The notes under the pieces: generated by a model
What the model was told of the DNA's origin: nothing
Seen by the model: the letters and a program-made list of their open reading frames with translations, nothing else
Databases searched by the model: none
Part shown: piece after piece, positions 27,659 through 42,903 of the stretch
Layout: the number at the start of each line of letters is the position of its first letter
Position numbering within the stretch: position 1 is the stretch's first letter
Program-made: the position numbers and the translations under genes
DNA from: Octopus vulgaris
Taxonomy: Eukaryota
Assembly: GCA_951406725.2 (NCBI GenBank)
Contig: OX597833.1
Coordinates: 7,564,001-7,628,000 of the forward strand
Direction: 5' to 3'
Length of the DNA stretch: 64,000 nt

Positions 27659-28881
27659 ATATCGATATATATAGTGAGCCGCCGAGGTCGACTCTGCCTT
27701 TCGTCCTTTCGGGGTCGATAAATTAAGTACCAGTTGCGTACTAGGGTCGAATGGCTCGAGGGGTCAGTATAAGGGTCAACATAATATGTAGAACAGAGGC
27801 GACAATGTAGTCGCTGAATAACTAGTGCAGTGAGGAAATGTCGGTATAGAAATTAACCCGTATTATGCTAATTCCTCGGGGCCTTTTCTGAGATGAAACC
27901 TTGGCTGTTTGTGTATAGTAAGCAGCAACACCGTCCCTCACATGAAAATCGTATTCCATAATGGGAATTCATTCGTTATTTATAGAGAATTAGCAACTAG
28001 TCGATGCGAACTGATATATTTTCTGGATTTGATGAAGGAGGAGGCTTGGGGGAGTCAGCTTGGTTTGCTGTGTTTTGGGTGCAAAATAGCCCCCATCACA
28101 TTTGTTGTGATTTTAAAGGTTTTTAGTTGCCTATTTTCTGTGATTAGGGTTTAAATTCCAAAGCGTTTCTTTGATTGGTTTAATGAAAAAATATTAGTGT
28201 AGCATAGAACACGTGTAGTACAGAGTTTACGTTTGCGCCAATAAAATATATTTGTTGTGTTTGTAGGTGAGATATGGAAGCAAAACAAGGGTCCGCGACA
28301 ACCAGCGTGTCATCCTCCACAGCTGCACAAAACTCCCGAAATCTCCGTGCAAAGGACCACCTATACCGTGTCTGTCAGATTCTTCCCGACTCCTTCAAAC
28401 CCTGGCTGTTCTTTATTCACGACAACAGAGCAACCGTCGACTTGGGTTGCTGGTCTTTGACCCATGGTGAGCGCATCTGGCCTTTGGCAGATTTTGTTTT
28501 TTAATCCAGCTGGGTTTCACAACGACTTCCTACTCTCAACCACTAAGTTAAATACACGGGGAAAAGGGGGTCAGTTTACTGTCTGACTGCCGGGGCCACT
28601 CTAGGGTGTACTGGGTATACAATTACAATTGTCAAGTCATTTGGTATAATCTGATATATCAGCACACACACACACAAGCATATACGTACATACATGCATA
28701 TACATATACACACACGCGCATGCACATACACATACGCATATACACACACGAACATACGTATACACCAACATACTCACAAACGCACATAGATACACACACA
28801 GACACATAATACACACACACATTCAGAATATATAAAGCTTCTACTGAAAAATAAATTCGACTCATTAAACATTCTTCTTAT

Positions 28882-29300
28882 GCGGCGAGCTGGCAGAATC
28901 GTTAGCACGATGTCTTTACGTTTTGAGTTCAAATTCCGCCGAGGTCGATTTTGTCGGTTATCTTTTCGGCGGGGAGGGTCGATAAATTAAGTACCAGTGA
29001 AATACTGGGGTCGATGTAATCGTCTAGTCCCTTCCCCCAAAATGTCAGGCATTGTGCCTTTATTAGAAAGGATTATTTAACATTTACCTTAAGCCGCCAG
29101 CTGGCAGAATCGTTAGCGCGCCGGATAAAATGCTTAGAGACATTTCGTCCGTCTTTAAGTTCTGAGCTCAAATTCTATCGAAGTTGATTTTGTCTTTCAT
29201 CCTTTCGTATTCGATAAGGACCAATTGAGCGCTGGGGTGGATGTAGTCGACTTACCCCTTTCCCGAAATTCCAGGCTTTGGGCCTGTAATAGACGGTCTG
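28882..29300 (+). mobile_element. Two head-to-tail family A SINEs with the alternative tail (..caggccttgtgcct..agaaaggattatt)
   Basis: Heads gcggcgagctggcagaatcgttagc (28882) and gccagctggcagaatcgttagc (~29095), each with a Meta-like core. Confidence 0.85.
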
Positions 29301-30529
29301 AGTAAAGAATGAAAAAGTCAGTGAATATACAATGTAGAAGATAAATGTTCTGTGAGGAATTTAGAATCAAACATTTCATCATTCTTCATCTTCAAGCGAA
29401 GAAATGGACGGTAAAACTGAAGTTGGGCTCCGTATTTGGCTGTGGTGGCCACCGTCAAAACCGTTAGGTAGGAAGAACTGTATGGAAAAGAACATCAGGT
29501 GAAAGAGAAAGTGGTAAATATTTTGGGAAGCGAAGTTGATGGATTCATTCCTCATACAGCCATGCAAACAATGAAGGAGTTAAGGTGACAGTTTGAATCT
29601 GAAGGAGAGTGGACAGGAAAAGCAGACCGAAACAGTACATCAAACAGCCACAGATAAAATATCGTTTCTGATGAGAGATTAATGTGTTGTAAAAGAGAGG
29701 GTGTGAACCTATACAAAAACAATTATTCTGACACGCAAATACACATATACACATATACACATATACTCAGATACTTATGATACTCATATAATTTTTCTTA
29801 GTAATACCACAGACAAAGAATTAAGGTGACAGGTTAAGTTATTACGTGGAATATATTGAGCGGGAAGATACGAGGTCGGTTCCATGCATCAAACCAGCGC
29901 ACGGAGAGTTGCGTTTCTGACGATGGGTTAATGTTTTATTTGGTTAACGGAAAAGTGCGAACATATATGAAGAGACACACTTCTACAGATAAATAATTCC
30001 ATAGAGGTGTGTATACATATACACAGTGACATATAAACACTAATAGATATTTTTGCTTCCGACCATTTATTAATACAATTGAACTTTGCCAATATTCTAA
30101 AATGAATTAATATTGAAATAGAAAACTTTACTCAGCGAGTTTAATTATAAAAAATTTAATTAAGGAGTTTGAATTACCATTGATTGTGGTTGAAGTTGTG
30201 TTACCATTGTCATGTGACTGACACCTCTTTTTGGTGATTGGTCCTCTTTCGACGTCTTGCAAAAAAACATTAACCAATTAACCGGTTCACGTGAATCGGT
30301 GCAAAACAAAATCCAGCAACTTCTCTCTCACTCGCTCTCACTTTCTTTCACCCTCACTTTCTCTCACTCTCAGTCACTCTCACTTTTGAAAAATAATTAT
30401 TGAGTAGCATTAATACTTTCATGGTGATGTTGATGATGATGATGAACATCATCATCATCACCATGATAAGGTGGTGGCAGTTGAGGGGGGACGGGGTGGA
30501 TGGGGTGGGAGTAAATTAGTATTATTTTA

Positions 30530-32420
<1,891 letters not shown>

Positions 32421-32517
32421 ATGTAGTTAGTTGACCTAACCAAGAACTCCCATGTTGAAAATAAAATTTTAAAAAATACCAAACTATGCACACACGCGCG
32501 CATACGCGCACACACAT

Positions 32518-32581
<64 letters not shown>

Positions 32582-32754
32582 CATATATATAAAGATATAC
32601 ATACACACACACACACACACACGAAGCCATCGTTTCATATTCAACCGATTGGAGTTTTCCAACAAATTCTTGTTTACTTCTTGTTGTCATTACTATTATG
32701 GCTGTTGTTCTTTTTGTGTGGCTGTTGTCATAGCAGTTCATTAATTACTACTAC

Positions 32755-32802
<48 letters not shown>

Positions 32803-33147
32803 CATTGTTATCGTTGTTATCGTTGTTGTTGTTGTTGTTGTTGTTGTTTTCGTTGTTATTTCGGTGTCTCTGCCCGGTGTCGGTATTACGCCTGCCACCC
32901 AAGATGCTTCGAACGAATACTTGTTAAGAAACATGCTTTAGACATCGGGATATTACGAGCGTATAAAACAGTGACTCTGGTGATGAAGGTGGTGGTGGTG
33001 GCTGCGGTGGTGGTGATGGTGGTGGTGGTGGGGGTGGTGGGGGTGACGGAGGGAAAGATAGAAATGGAGAAGAATAGGATGAGATTCGGTGCCGATTGAC
33101 TGATTTGGGTCTGAGACTAAATTTATAGGTCTCCTGTTAACATATTT

Positions 33148-33462
33148 GGAAGCACTCCGTCGGTTACGACGACGAGGGTTCCGGTTGATCAGAATCAACA
33201 GAACAGCCTGCTAGTGAAACTAACGTGCAAGTGGCTGAGTACTCCGCAGACACGTGTACCCTTAATGTAATTCTTGGGGATATTCAGCGTGACACAGAGA
33301 GTGACAAGGCCGGCCCCTTGAAATACAGGTACAACAGAAACAGGAAGTAAGAGTGAGAGAAAGTTGTGGTGAAAGAGTACAGCAGGGATCACCACCATCC
33401 TCTGCCGGAGCCTCGTGGAGCTTTAGGTGTTTCCGCTCAATAAACACTCACAACGCCCGGTG
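33148..33462 (-). mobile_element. SINE family D body joined to the same 3' half as family B
   Basis: Reverse complement ccgggcgttgtgagtgtttattgagcggaaacacctaaagctccacgagg.. matches 53555-53722; then gtacctgtatttcaaggggccggccttgtcac..gatcaaccggaaccctcgtcg matches 45112-45275. Confidence 0.88.
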
Positions 33463-33701
33463 TTAACATACACATAGATATATATATATACATATATACA
33501 CACATCTACAATGGATGTAAGCAATGAGCTTAAGAAGCATAGCTTTGTAACCATGGGATTTCGGACTCGTTGCTACAGTTTGGCCCCTTTAATTATGCCC
33601 CTTCTTTTACAACCGACCAAGTGGTGGGTGAGTGAAATAATGGTAGATGGAATCTGTAGGGACGTTCGTCTTCTGTATGTGTGTGCAAATTTGTTTGTGT
33701 G

Positions 33702-33773
<72 letters not shown>

Positions 33774-33890
33774 TAAATTAGAGACAAAACCACTATTAGG
33801 CAAATCAAACAATGAAAGACTTAAGCCAATACATATGATTAATTTATATTATTTAAATATGTAACAATTATTAAAAAATATAATTAATAT

Positions 33891-33953
33891 CCACTACGAT
33901 CGTTTCCTGCCTGCTGTCTTTAAATTTTTGAGTCGCAGTCATTCATCAGGTGG
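33891..33953 (-). ncRNA. Type I hammerhead ribozyme motif with a palindromic helix III
   Basis: Minus strand reads ccac-CUGAUGA-augacugc[...]gcaggcag-GAAACGAUCGUA-gugg. Helix I is ccac/gugg, ACGAUCGU is self-complementary, the triplet is GUA, and the first pair of helix II is mismatched. Confidence 0.7.
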
Positions 33954-33980
33954 TTTCAAAATTTTTATTCCCTAATATTT

Positions 33981-34055
<75 letters not shown>

Positions 34056-34097
34056 ATCTATTATGTATGTATGTGTGTATCTGTATATGTATATATC

Positions 34098-34680
34098 TTT
34101 ATTTATATTTTTTTCCATTTCAGGCCAGAGGGTGTGTCTATTCTGGAGCTCCGCCTGTGTAATCACCTTTTCCATGACCATTCTTATGCGATTGGTGAAG
34201 GAAGGGGTTGGACATTGCTCTCTTCTTTTGAGTTTCTTGCCGTGCTGTAGGTTCATCTGGGACTTTGGACAGCAGGAGGTCAAGTTGTTTCTTGAAAATC
34301 TGTACTCCTACCCCTCAGATGTTTTGACATGGTGGTAAGTAACCGTGGGAGGATCTTCCACACGGATATCACTGCATACCTCTCCCGGTTTCGCTCCAGC
34401 GACTTGAGTTTTATCTCTTTCAGTCTCCTCCAGTAACCCAGCTCTCCCATTGATGCAATCTTCCTGGTGTAGCACCGCGGAACTGCCTCAAGTTCTGCTA
34501 TTAATTTGACACAGTGGGGTGACAACAGTTGTGAGCAGTAGTCCAGACAGCGGAGTACAAATGTCCTCCATAGAACCAGCATAGTTTCCTGCTCCCCTCT
34601 TCTGAAGATTCTCAGAATACATCCGGCTATTCGCCTGCACATTGACACCATCTTGGTGATATACACGGTAGCTCTCGTTT
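34098..34680 (-). mobile_element. CR1-group LINE 3' end, same family as 2700-3335, with an internal deletion
   Basis: MLVLWRTFVLRCLDYCSQLLSPHCVKLIAELEAVPRCYTRKIASM..YW.RLKEIKLKSLERNRERYAVISVWKIL, then FKKQLDLLLSKVPDEP and the UTR gaaaaggtgattacacaggcggagctccag. Confidence 0.88.
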
Positions 34681-34682
34681 TC

Positions 34683-35030
34683 CTCACAGGTCACTCGAGG
34701 CTCAAGTACTCTTGGACTGGAAGTAATGAGCTCAACTATATCCCTGTTGTCACCAAGATACCTTTCTTTCTGTTCTCGAGTTTTCGACATGTTCAGATCT
34801 TCATATAAAATTCTGTGTACCGTTGTCGCAACCAAATCCAAACTGAATGATCATTGTCTTCATCGACGGTTTTCATCGAGAAAATTGTTAATTTTCTCAA
34901 CCAGTTTGATGCTCGGACGTTCTTCGCCCTCCCCCATCTTCTGTAGAGTCCTTAAACCTCTTGTGCCAGTAAAAAAGCTACTCATAAGCAATCTGGAGCA
35001 TTTCCGAAGTTGCTGAAGCATTTTTGCACA
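34683..35030 (-). mobile_element. Mariner-like transposase fragment
   Basis: TVHRILYEDLNMSK..T.EQKE.....VTCEE resembles the mariner second HTH, the linker and the VTGDE motif with the first catalytic Asp. Degenerate. Confidence 0.65.
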
Positions 35031-35329
35031 GTTTAACAGAAAACGTTACTGCATAGTGCGCTTCCAGAAGTCCTGATTGCATTTTGCAAACCAGTCAGGT
35101 GTGACAAGCAGTGTTTAGTAGATTGTGTTCAAAGTGTTGTTACAGCTGTCTGCAACAATCTGGGGCTAAAAAGGGGCAGGTCAGCTTATTAGATGTATAG
35201 TAATGATAGACTAAAATTACAATAATCCAGGACAGTTGTAACTGCCTGTCGTAAAGAAAAATCATGTAAAACTTCTGGAATACAGCAATAGATAGATAGA
35301 TATAGAGATATATAGAGAGATAGATAGAG

Positions 35330-35372
<43 letters not shown>

Positions 35373-35376
35373 AAGT

Positions 35377-35408
<32 letters not shown>

Positions 35409-35789
35409 CCGATGTGTTAAATTTTGATTTGAAGCAATAACCCTAATCAAGTATTTTGTTGAAACATGACAACGGATTAGAAGTGATCCTCTTTGAAGTC
35501 AGACCTCAGAATATTTCGTAAGGTCAGAAGTCAGTCAGGACCCTATGACACGACATCATAACGGATTGTTGAAGCTAATTGGACAACTACCTTCTTATAT
35601 ATCGCGGGTTCGAATCTCCTGCCAGTGAACACTCTTCCTTTTTACATTATTTCAGTTCTTTGAGGTAAAAATTAAATTACCAGATTATTGGGAAATGTAA
35701 CCTGATATTATACGCAGGGATCCAAGTGTTACTTTAAGAGGAACTTGCATTGAGACGACAAGGGCATGTGAAGCTGAAATCGAGATTGG

Positions 35790-36955
35790 ATAAGCTTAAG
35801 TTACGATACAAACACGATGAGATGAAACAGCGAAAATACGAAGTTACTTTTAGATAAAGTTACGTTCTGGAATGACATTTAAAGAAAGTTACGTTTAGAT
35901 TATACAGTATTTGCATTATGATAAAGTCTCGATCAGATGAAGCGACATTTTAATATTGTTGCGTTAAGACAGAATAACGTTCTGACGAATTCACGATAAA
36001 ATGAATTAATATGTAAGTTACGCTAAGATTAAATTATGTTATAAATTGTATACGAAATTAATAGTTGCTTTAGTATAAATTTACGTTATTCTGAAGTCAC
36101 AATAAGAGGAAGTAGTTTTAATACAAAGTGACTTTCAGGTAAAATTACGCTCCGATGAAATTACGTTGAGGTGAATTAAGATTTAAATAAAGTTACGTTA
36201 AGATTAAATTACGTTATAAATTGTATACGAAATTAATAGTTGCTTTAGTATAAACTAGCAGTATCGCCCGGCGTTGCTCGGGTTTGTTTCGACCCTTTAG
36301 AATTGAAATTTTTGAAAAGTAAAAATTTTGCATTATGTAGCTTGTTATTCTCTTTAAGTGAACATTTTTCTGGTTGAAACACACCCGAAAATGGCGACAC
36401 AGCAGTCAAAAAATCGTAGAAAATCGGGATTTTCATAGAAAAAAAAGTATCTTTTTGATGTAAATAATTTTTGGTGTTAACATGGTCCAATTTGAATTTT
36501 TTCTTCTACAGAAGGAAGGGCAAGCCTTCTTCTATCATACTCTCAATTTTGGTCAACTTACGCCACAGGGTCTCGGAGGAAATAGTGTTAGTTGAAGGCT
36601 ACCAAACCTGCCATACACAGACAACTTCAGCTTTATATAGAGAGAGATTTACGTTATTCTGAAGTTACGATAAGAGGAAGTAGTGTCAATATAAAGTGAC
36701 TTTCAGGTAAAATTACGCTCTGATGAAATTACGTTGAGATAAATTAAGATTTAAATAAAATTACGTTAAGATTAAGTCACGTTCTGATTACGTTATGTCA
36801 TGATAAAGACCGGATGGGATGAAGGTGAATTTGCGTTAAGATTATGAAGTCAAGATCAAATGAAATGGTATAGATTTAAAGTTACTTTTCAGGTAAAAAT
36901 TACGTTAAGATGGATTAACATTTAAATGAGATTACGTTAAGATTACGTTATGTTG
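35790..36955. repeat. Degenerate AT-rich minisatellite (aa(g/a)ttacgttaagat-like core) with a 175-bp higher-order tandem duplication
   Basis: Repeated ttacgtt cores. tgctttagtataaa occurs at 36066 and 36241, and downstream sequence is duplicated after 36648. Confidence 0.85.
36255..36647 (-). mobile_element. Non-autonomous Helitron (second family)
   Basis: Minus strand begins TCtctctatataaag and ends cccgagcaacgccgggcgatactgCTAG. Inserted between A and T with no TSD. Confidence 0.92.
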
Positions 36956-37207
36956 TTATGGCGTCACAATAAGGCAGCAAACTGGCAGAAATCGTTAGCA
37001 CGTCGGACAAAATATTATACTTAGCGACATCAGTTACGAAGCAAAATATTTGCGGAAGTCAGTTCCATTAAATCAACTTCTGAAAAACTCGAGTCCAACA
37101 GCTGAAGGGGGTCTTCGCAGACATAATCTCTGAGCCTATTTTAAGACAAGACCTACGACTATTTTACATACACAAAACATTCCATACTGTACACGCACGC
37201 ACACATA

Positions 37208-37287
<80 letters not shown>

Positions 37288-37309
37288 CGACAAAACTATA
37301 AAATACCCG

Positions 37310-37779
37310 TACATACCGACAAAACTATGTTTATTAGTTGACATGAGTATTCCTTGCGATCACAATATAGCGGCGAAAGAATTTGATAAGATCAGTAATA
37401 TAAAGATTTGCTAATAGAATTTTTTTTAAATGTGGCATCTCAAGGCGACTAGAGTACCAGTGATTGTAGGATCTCTAGGAATGATAAAAAAGAAAGGTAC
37501 TGAAACCTATTTGAAAATGATACCAGGCTTACCATCCCTACAGGAAGTGCAAAAAATTTGGAAGTTAACTGGAACGGCTCATATACTAAAAAGAGCATTG
37601 TCGCTGTGAAAACAACATCCATTCATGAATTTATTTATTAATTTTTTAGATACATATTTTACCTGTGAATTTGCGTGTGTAATCTGGGAAAGCATACAAT
37701 GAGCTTCTCTGCCCTAGGTGTACGGAAAACACCCGGCGAGATATGGAAGAAAATTTGAAGAAAGAAGATAAGAAGATAA

Positions 37780-37780
<1 letters not shown>
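37310..37780 (+). mobile_element. R4/Dong-like non-LTR retrotransposon 3' end (restriction-like endonuclease), flanked by (TAA)n
   Basis: CLLVDMSIPCDHNIAAKEFDKIS.YKDL..MWHLKATRVPVIVGSLGMIKK..IPGLPSLQEVQK..TGTAHILKRALSL*; (TAA)n at 37206-37286 and 37780-37862. Confidence 0.85.
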
Positions 37781-37861
<81 letters not shown>

Positions 37862-37863
<2 letters not shown>

Positions 37864-38015
37864 CCTTTCTACTAAAGACACAAGGCCTGAAATTTTAGTG
37901 GGGAAAGAATTAGTCGTAAGCATCGTAGGTGCTTGACTGGTCCTTATTTTGTCGACCCCCAAAGGATGAAAAGTAAAATCAACCTCGGCAGAATTTGAAC
38001 TCAAAACGTATGGAC
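37862..38015 (-). mobile_element. SINE family A (alternative tail) ending in (ATT)n
   Basis: Reverse complement gagttcaaattctgccgaggttgat..catcctttgggggtcgac..caggccttgtgtctttagtagaaaggattatt. Confidence 0.82.
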
Positions 38016-38024
38016 GGACGACAG

Positions 38025-38087
<63 letters not shown>

Positions 38088-38364
38088 CACACACACACAC
38101 ACACATACACGCTCTCTCTTACTTTCTCCCCGTTCCTCACCGTCTTGTACTATCTAATATCTCTCCCCACCCCTACACACTCAATAATAATAAAAAGTCA
38201 AAATTCCTGCAAAAGTTCAATTTGAAAAAGTGGACGAAAGCGCTAATATATGATATATGATTTATAAAAACATGTAACATACAAATAAATATCTGAAAAC
38301 CATCCAGTACCTCATTTCTTCTAATATATAATACCTGTACATCATCTCCAAACCTTCTAAGATA

Positions 38365-38462
<98 letters not shown>

Positions 38463-38616
38463 AAACCATCCAGATTTCCAAACATGAAAGCACAAAAAAC
38501 ACAACAACGCGATTTCTTCTAATATATAATACCTGGACATCAGGAAAGAAGGAAAGAAGGAGGGTTTCGTTTCGAAAGCTCTTCGTCGGAAAGATATATC
38601 CAGAGAAGGGAAAATA

Positions 38617-38657
<41 letters not shown>

Positions 38658-38687
38658 GTCTGTGCATGTATGTATGAATGTGTGTGT

Positions 38688-38850
38688 GCGATGGGCTTCC
38701 ACACAGTTTCCGTGTACCAAATTCATTCACAAGGCATTGGTCGGTCCGGAGGTTATTAAGGAAGACACTTTTGCAAAGTGTCGCGCAGCGGGAGCGAACT
38801 CAAAACCATGTGGCTACAAAACGGGTTCCTTAACCACATATCCAAGTCTA
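38688..38850 (-). mobile_element. SINE family C, diverged 5' half
   Basis: gggcttccacacagtttccgtgtaccaaattcattcacaaggcattggtcgg.. is homologous to the reverse complement of family C. Confidence 0.75.
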
Positions 38851-39467
38851 CACATCTTTAAGGAAAAAATTAGATGAAACCAAAAAAATGTTAATTACTG
38901 TAAATTAATAAAGTCCCAGGTTGCTCTGTCATCGTCGGAAGATGATGACGATGTCTGTGGAGGGACACAATAATAACGTGACTCATTTCTAAGTCAGAAA
39001 CCACCCACATTTCCATACTTAAAACATGCCGCCCTTGTCTACCTCTCTACCTCCCTACTTACTGCCGCTCTCTTGTGTTCTTTCTGTCTTTCTGCTGGCA
39101 GGGGTGGGTGGGTGGGGGTGCGAATAGGAAAGTATAAATGGAGGGAGGTGGGAGCAGGGGTGACGGGGGGGGAGAACTGTCTCTTGAAACGGTGATCCAT
39201 TTGGTTCCTTTTTAACTAACTACATCCCAATTTCTCGGTTTCCATTCAATTATAAACAATACCCTGTTAGTACGTATATAATTATGTATGTATGTCTACA
39301 TACACACACACATATATATATATTTACATACATATACATATATATATATAGATATATGATGTATATAGATATATATATATATGTATACGTATACTATTAT
39401 ATATGAATATATACTTATAGATATATATGTATATAATTATATATACGCGTATGTGTGTGCATGTGTG

Positions 39468-39498
<31 letters not shown>

Positions 39499-39615
39499 GT
39501 GTGTATTCGCGCGCGCGCGCGTGTGATAAAATGATAGCGAAAAATTTGGCAAGTAGAACATTTTATCCCTGTTACAGAGAACACACACACAGCTACACAC
39601 ACACACACACACACA

Positions 39616-39649
<34 letters not shown>

Positions 39650-40157
39650 GCCCTTACATACTTATATACACATACGTACACACACATAAACACACGCAAA
39701 ACAAAACTACAAAAATAGACGCAAGCGACAGAAGAATTGGATAAAAAAAAAAGAACAAAACCAAACCAAAAAAAAAAAAAGAGAAAATAAAAAGCTTTTT
39801 TCCGAAACCTTTGCAATTAGTCGCAAATATTGTTTTGTAATTTATGAAACATAAACATCTGAGACAAAAAAATATTAATTATAAAAATATTTTTGATGAA
39901 TATACTAACTCCCAGATATCGTTTCAACGTTATGTGAGATACAGGGGACACATGGGAGCAACGTTGCGACCTAAGAGGGTTCGAACCCTTTATAAGTTAG
40001 TTGCAAGGATGTAGTGTTACCTACTACCACATCTACACTCACATTGGATGTGGTTTTCAATTAAAATTTCATCTTCGAGGTTTGGATTACTCAAAAAATC
40101 TGAGACGTTTTCAGAATGTATTTGTTTTGGATTTTTGTTGTTGTTTGGGGATTTTTT

Positions 40158-40426
40158 ATTTGTTTTCAGCCATTACACTGCGGCCATACTGGAGCACCGG
40201 CTTGCAGGGCATTTAGTCAAAATGAATGAATCAATCTCAATATATAAGTATACATATTAAAACCTGGTGCTTGTGCTATCGGTTTCTTTTGCCGAACCAC
40301 TAAGTTACGGGGATGTAAACACACTAACACCGATTTCGAGCGATGGTGGTGGATGTAGGACAAGCACAAACACAAAGACACAGACGAACACACACACATA
40401 CATATATATCATATATATCATATATA

Positions 40427-40468
<42 letters not shown>

Positions 40469-40680
40469 TACATATATATATACATATATATATATGCACA
40501 TATTTATTTATATATGTGTGTGTGTTGGGTGGGGGTGTATACGACAGGCTTCTTTCAGTTTCCGTCTACTAAATCCACTTAGAAGGCTTTGGTTGTTCTC
40601 GAGGCTACAGCAGGAGGCACTTGCCCATAGTGGCACGCAGTGGGACTGAACCCGGAACCATGTGGTTGGGAAGTTCGCCT
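40158..40680 (-). mobile_element. SINE family C, near full length
   Basis: Tail ctgcggccatactggagcacc, central (TA)n, and head gtgggactgaacccggaaccatgtggttgg. Confidence 0.88.
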
Positions 40681-40754
40681 GTACACATGTGCCTATTTTT
40701 TGTTTGTTTTGTTTGTTGTTTTTGCTCTTTTTTTTGTTTTTTTAGAGTGACGAA

Positions 40755-40935
40755 ATACACGAGTGTGATGAAAGTGATGAGAAATAAATGGGAGTGAGGA
40801 AAGAGATGTGAGTGATGAAGCAGATGAGAGTGATGAACAGAATGAGTGATGAAACTGATGAGAGAGATGAAGGAAATGAGATTGGTGAAACTGTTGTGAG
40901 TGATGGATGACATAAGAGTGACGTCATAGATGACA
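40755..40935. repeat. Degenerate minisatellite (gagtgatgaa..gatga)
   Basis: Repeated gagtgatgaa/gagtgatgga units about 18 bp apart. Confidence 0.7.
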
Positions 40936-41225
40936 GACACTTCAATTCACGTTACTCGCCTAATATATTACTCAGCTGAAAATAAATACCAGTCATATAC
41001 TGCGGCAGCCTTCCTCCTCCCTCCACTAACCATATTCTCCCCATTCCACTGGGTCAAAGAATGGCGTGGGGTCAAGAGGGGTCTCTATGTCTGCTTGTGG
41101 CTATTCAAGCTTCTTCAAGAATTAGTGAAAGCATGCTACACGCTCCGAAACCCTGTTTGTTATCTGGTCACCGTTGGTTTTATATGTGTCTGTATATACA
41201 TATGATGTGTGTGTGTGTGTGTGTG

Positions 41226-41378
41226 TGAAAGCGGTAGGCCTAGTGGTTAGGGTATTGCCTTCAACATCGCTAGATCGTGGTTTCGATTCGCGGCCCGAGC
41301 GGTGCGATGTGTTCTTGAGCAAAACCCATTTCATTTCACGTTGCTCCAGTCTACTCAGCTGTAAATGGGTCATCCCCT
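41226..41378 (+). mobile_element. SINE family B, 5' part
   Basis: ggcctagtggttaggg..ggtttcgattcgcgg..gtgttcttgagcaaaacccatttcatttcacgttgctccagtctactcagctg. Confidence 0.8.
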
Positions 41379-41379
41379 G

Positions 41380-41410
41380 ACATACATACATACATATATA
41401 GATATATACA

Positions 41411-41444
<34 letters not shown>

Positions 41445-41574
41445 GATATATACATACATACATACATACATACATACATACATACATACATACATACATA
41501 CATACAAACATACATATATAGATATATACATACATACATACATACATACATACATACATACATACATACATACA

Positions 41575-41608
<34 letters not shown>

Positions 41609-41638
41609 GATATATACATACATACATACATACATACA

Positions 41639-41672
<34 letters not shown>

Positions 41673-41678
41673 GATATA

Positions 41679-41712
<34 letters not shown>

Positions 41713-41822
41713 GATACATACATACATATATACATACATACATACATACACACACACATACATACATACATACATTCATACATACATTCATACATACATA
41801 CATACATACATATATACATACA

Positions 41823-41856
<34 letters not shown>

Positions 41857-42122
41857 GATACATACATACATATATACATACATACATACATACACACACA
41901 CACATACATTCATACATACATTCATACATACATTCATACATACATACATACATACATACATACATACATACATACATACATACATACATACATACATACA
42001 TACATACATACATACATACATACATACACACACACATACATACATACATACATACATACATACATACATACATACATACATACATACATACATACATACA
42101 TACATACATACATACATACATA
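41380..42122. repeat. (CATA)n array with periodic tatagata interruptions
   Basis: Directly visible. Confidence 0.97.
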
Positions 42123-42480
42123 CAGTTTTGGTCTTTTGCGCTCATCCGAATTGTCTACATCATGAAATAACGCTGAGGAACAGATGCTATCAGGCGAATG
42201 GTTTTCAGATGCACAAGAAAGGCACTAATGCTTCAGCATCGTCATCATCATCATCATCAGCATCATCATCATCATCATCGTCGTCATCGTCATCATCATC
42301 ATCATCATCATCATTTCTTCTTCTTCATTACCATCGACGGTCGTTGTCGTCATCATCATCGTCAATATTTTCAATATGCATACATACAAATATACACACA
42401 CATGCGTATATATATATATATATATTTATTATATCTATATGTATATATACATATACATATGTATATATGTATATACATAC

Positions 42481-42567
<87 letters not shown>

Positions 42568-42866
42568 TACACACACACACATATGTATATAACTGGCAAT
42601 GCCCCAGCAGAGCCACAACCTTTACGCTGAAACATCAAATAGAATATCTATATATGTATATACACATAAATATATGCATGAATATATACATATAAATACA
42701 TATATAATATATATCTAGCTGTCCATGAACATATATATATATATATATACACACAAACACATACATTCATACAAACATGCATACACACACACACACACAC
42801 ATACACACACACACATATATATGAATATATACACATAAATACATATATAAATGTTATATATTTATA

Positions 42867-42903
<37 letters not shown>

